A DNA stretch of 59,543 nucleotides, filler included. It is 4 parts of 4 records of this genome, joined end to end, with 100 filler letters (N's around TTAATTAATTAA, not from the genome) between each part and the next. Parts side by side here need not be neighbours in the genome. Positions count along the whole stretch, not along the records: positions 51,998 to 59,543 come from SRR31156797_6630; 3 more parts are not named here. One strand, 5' to 3'. Shown here piece after piece: positions 57,677 through 59,543 of this stretch (within the stretch, counting starts at the first letter, position 1; every line of letters starts with the position of its first letter). The notes below the pieces were generated by a model. It had not been told where the DNA came from. It made no database searches and worked only from the letters and a program-made list of their open reading frames with translations. The position numbers were made by a program, and so were the translations under genes.

Positions 57677-59014
57677 ATGCGCTATCTACCCCATACACCG
57701 GAGGATATGGCGGCCATGCTTCAAGTGGTGGGGGTTGAAAGCATGGCGGAACTTTTTTCCACTGTTCCGGATGAATGTGCCCGTCGGGATACCCCGGACC
57801 TTCCGGGACCGATGACGGAATGGGAGCTGGATGCCCATATGGCGGCCCTTTCGGAGAAGGGTGCGCCCAATCCCCGGGGCGGTCCCATTGCGTTTCTCGG
57901 AGCGGGCCGTTATGACCATTTTATCCCTGAATCCATAAATTACCTTCTGGGGCGATCTGAGTTCACCACCGCCTATACCCCCTATCAGCCGGAAATGAGC
58001 CAGGGGACCCTCCAGGCCGTTTATGAGTACCAGACCCTGACCGCGCGGCTCCTGGGTCTGGAGGTGGCCAATGCGTCTCTTTACGACGGGGCCTCGGCCC
58101 TGGCGGAAGCCCTGCTCATGGCCATGCGTATTACCCGCAAAAAAAAGGTGGCCTTATCCAGACTGATTCATCCCCATTACCGGCAGGTGGTTCAAACATA
58201 CATGGATCCGGCGGGGGTGGAAATTGTTGAACTGCCCGGCCTTGAAAGCGGCAGAACGGATATATCCGGGTTGCAAGGTGTGGAAGATCTGGCGGCCATG
58301 GCCGTGCAGTCGCCCAATTTCTGGGGATGCATTGAGGATCTGGGGGCAATGGGGGAAATGTGCCGGGAAAAGGATGTCCTTTTTATCACGGCATTCACGG
58401 AACCTTTGGCCTACGGTCTCCTTAAAAACCCTGGGCTTCAAGGTGCCCATATTGCGTGCGGAGAAGGTCAGAGCCTGGGCATTCCCCGGTGGTTCGGGGG
58501 ACCGGGACTGGGAATGTTCGCCTGTAAAAATAAATATATGCGCAATATGCCCGGGCGCCTGGTGGGACAGACCCAAGACAAGCAGGGGCGGCGGGGCTTT
58601 GTTCTGACCCTGGCCACCCGGGAACAGCACATCCGCCGTGAGAAAGCCACCAGCAACATCTGCACCAACAGCAGCCTCTGTGCCCTCACGGCGGCCATGT
58701 ATATGGCATCGGTGGGGGGGACGGGCATCAGGGAACTGGCCAGACTCAATTACGACAAGGCCGGTTATCTGAAACAGGCGCTACGCCGGGCGGGATTTCC
58801 AATCCCTTTTGCGTCTCCCGGTTTCAATGAGTTCGTGGTTGAATTCCCGCCCGATTTTGAAGTCACCTACAAAAGGCTCCTCAAAAAGAATATGGTGGCG
58901 GGGTTGCCCCTCTCCCCCTGGTATCCCGAACTGCGGCATCATTATCTTATCTGTGTCACGGAGACCAAAAGCAGAGCGCATATGGATGCCTTTGTAAAGG
59001 AGGTTGCATCATGA
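57677..59014 (+). CDS. gcvPA: Glycine dehydrogenase subunit 1
   Basis: MRYLPHT, TAYTPYQPEMSQG, NASLYDG, TREQHIRREKATSNICTN. Confidence 0.95.
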   Translation: MRYLPHTPEDMAAMLQVVGVESMAELFSTVPDECARRDTPDLPGPMTEWELDAHMAALSEKGAPNPRGGPIAFLGAGRYDHFIPESINYLLGRSEFTTAYTPYQPEMSQGTLQAVYEYQTLTARLLGLEVANASLYDGASALAEALLMAMRITRKKKVALSRLIHPHYRQVVQTYMDPAGVEIVELPGLESGRTDISGLQGVEDLAAMAVQSPNFWGCIEDLGAMGEMCREKDVLFITAFTEPLAYGLLKNPGLQGAHIACGEGQSLGIPRWFGGPGLGMFACKNKYMRNMPGRLVGQTQDKQGRRGFVLTLATREQHIRREKATSNICTNSSLCALTAAMYMASVGGTGIRELARLNYDKAGYLKQALRRAGFPIPFASPGFNEFVVEFPPDFEVTYKRLLKKNMVAGLPLSPWYPELRHHYLICVTETKSRAHMDAFVKEVAS

Positions 59015-59543
59015 ACAAACCCCTTGCCCCCACCGGCCTGAACCTGGATGAACCTCTGCTCTGGGAAATGGGAAGCCCTGGTCGGACCGGTTTTTCCATG
59101 CCGCGGCGGGATGTTGAGCCTTTTCCCCTGGACCATGACCTTGCGGGGGAAGGTCCCGATTTTCCCGATTTGAATGAGATGGGGGTGGTCAGGCATTACA
59201 CCCGGCTCAGCCAGTGGAATTTCGGTGTGGACACGGGAATGTACCCCTTAGGCTCCTGCACCATGAAGTATAACCCCAAGATCAATGAAAAATGCAGTCA
59301 GCTGGAGGGTTTTACAGGATTGCACCCCATGCTCCCGGCGGGCATGATCCAGGGAGCACTGCGGCTGATGGTTGAGCTGGAGCGTTTTTTGGCGGAGATT
59401 ACCGGAATGGACGGGGTCAGTTTGCAGCCGGCGGCCGGGGCCCAGGGTGAACTGGCCGGCATGTTGCTGATCCATGCTTATCTCAAAAGCCGCAATGTGA
59501 CGCGGAACAAGATCATCATTCCGGATACGGCCCACGGCACCAA
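59011..59543 (+). CDS. gcvPB: Glycine dehydrogenase subunit 2 (3' truncated; not in ORF track)
   Basis: ATG 59011 after AGGAGG; VRHYTRLSQWNFGVDTGMYPLGSCTMKYNPK, LQPAAGAQGE, PDTAHGT. Confidence 0.93.
   Translation, partial: MNKPLAPTGLNLDEPLLWEMGSPGRTGFSMPRRDVEPFPLDHDLAGEGPDFPDLNEMGVVRHYTRLSQWNFGVDTGMYPLGSCTMKYNPKINEKCSQLEGFTGLHPMLPAGMIQGALRLMVELERFLAEITGMDGVSLQPAAGAQGELAGMLLIHAYLKSRNVTRNKIIIPDTAHGT

Noticed and set aside
59248-59535. 95-aa minus-strand ORF
   Set aside because: Antisense to gcvPB, which the track missed because it has no stop in the window
1-59543. CRISPR arrays, tRNA/rRNA genes, IS transposases, selenocysteine read-through
   Set aside because: No regularly spaced repeats, cloverleaf or rRNA signatures, transposase motifs or in-frame TGA in redox genes noticed by eye; a dedicated scan could still find small elements

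Overview
The window is not one locus. It is four unrelated contigs joined by artificial 100-nt linkers (N44-TTAATTAATTAA-N44) at 13938-14037, 27111-27210 and 51898-51997; taxa below are inferred from gene style only. (1) 1-13937, Desulfovibrionaceae-like: housekeeping genes flank a compact five-gene podovirus-type tail operon (nozzle, internal virion protein, two tail-fibre genes, fibre chaperone) with no integrase, capsid, portal or terminase nearby, a candidate domesticated or GTA-like module. A eukaryote-type UDP-galactopyranose mutase homologue follows. (2) 14038-27110, Bacteroidota-like: pectin/rhamnogalacturonan enzymes (GH105-SGNH fusion, two GH2, tandem SGNH esterase, DUF4450-like lipoprotein). 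(3) 27211-51897, Deferribacterales-like: a large Ig/RCC1 surface lipoprotein, a candidate structured ncRNA, TetR/peroxiredoxin/DsrE, and a Fur-boxed haem uptake and anaerobic haem-degradation operon. That operon carries two small phage-Mu Com-like zinc-finger genes missed by the ORF track, each with a related, covarying RNA hairpin ahead of the next gene, and it ends in an ABC-2 exporter. Also present are a Tat-exported Psr/Phs-like molybdoenzyme operon and a trihaem cytochrome c/TolB-propeller lipoprotein behind phoX. (4) 51998-59543, Desulfobacterales-like: cbiX end, sigma54-driven PEP-CTERM gene, histidine phosphatase, korDABC, a cheA remnant and gcvH-gcvPA-gcvPB. The best leads are the Com-like regulators with candidate RNA sites in the haem operon and the orphan podoviral tail operon. 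All family calls are by motif recognition; no searches were run.
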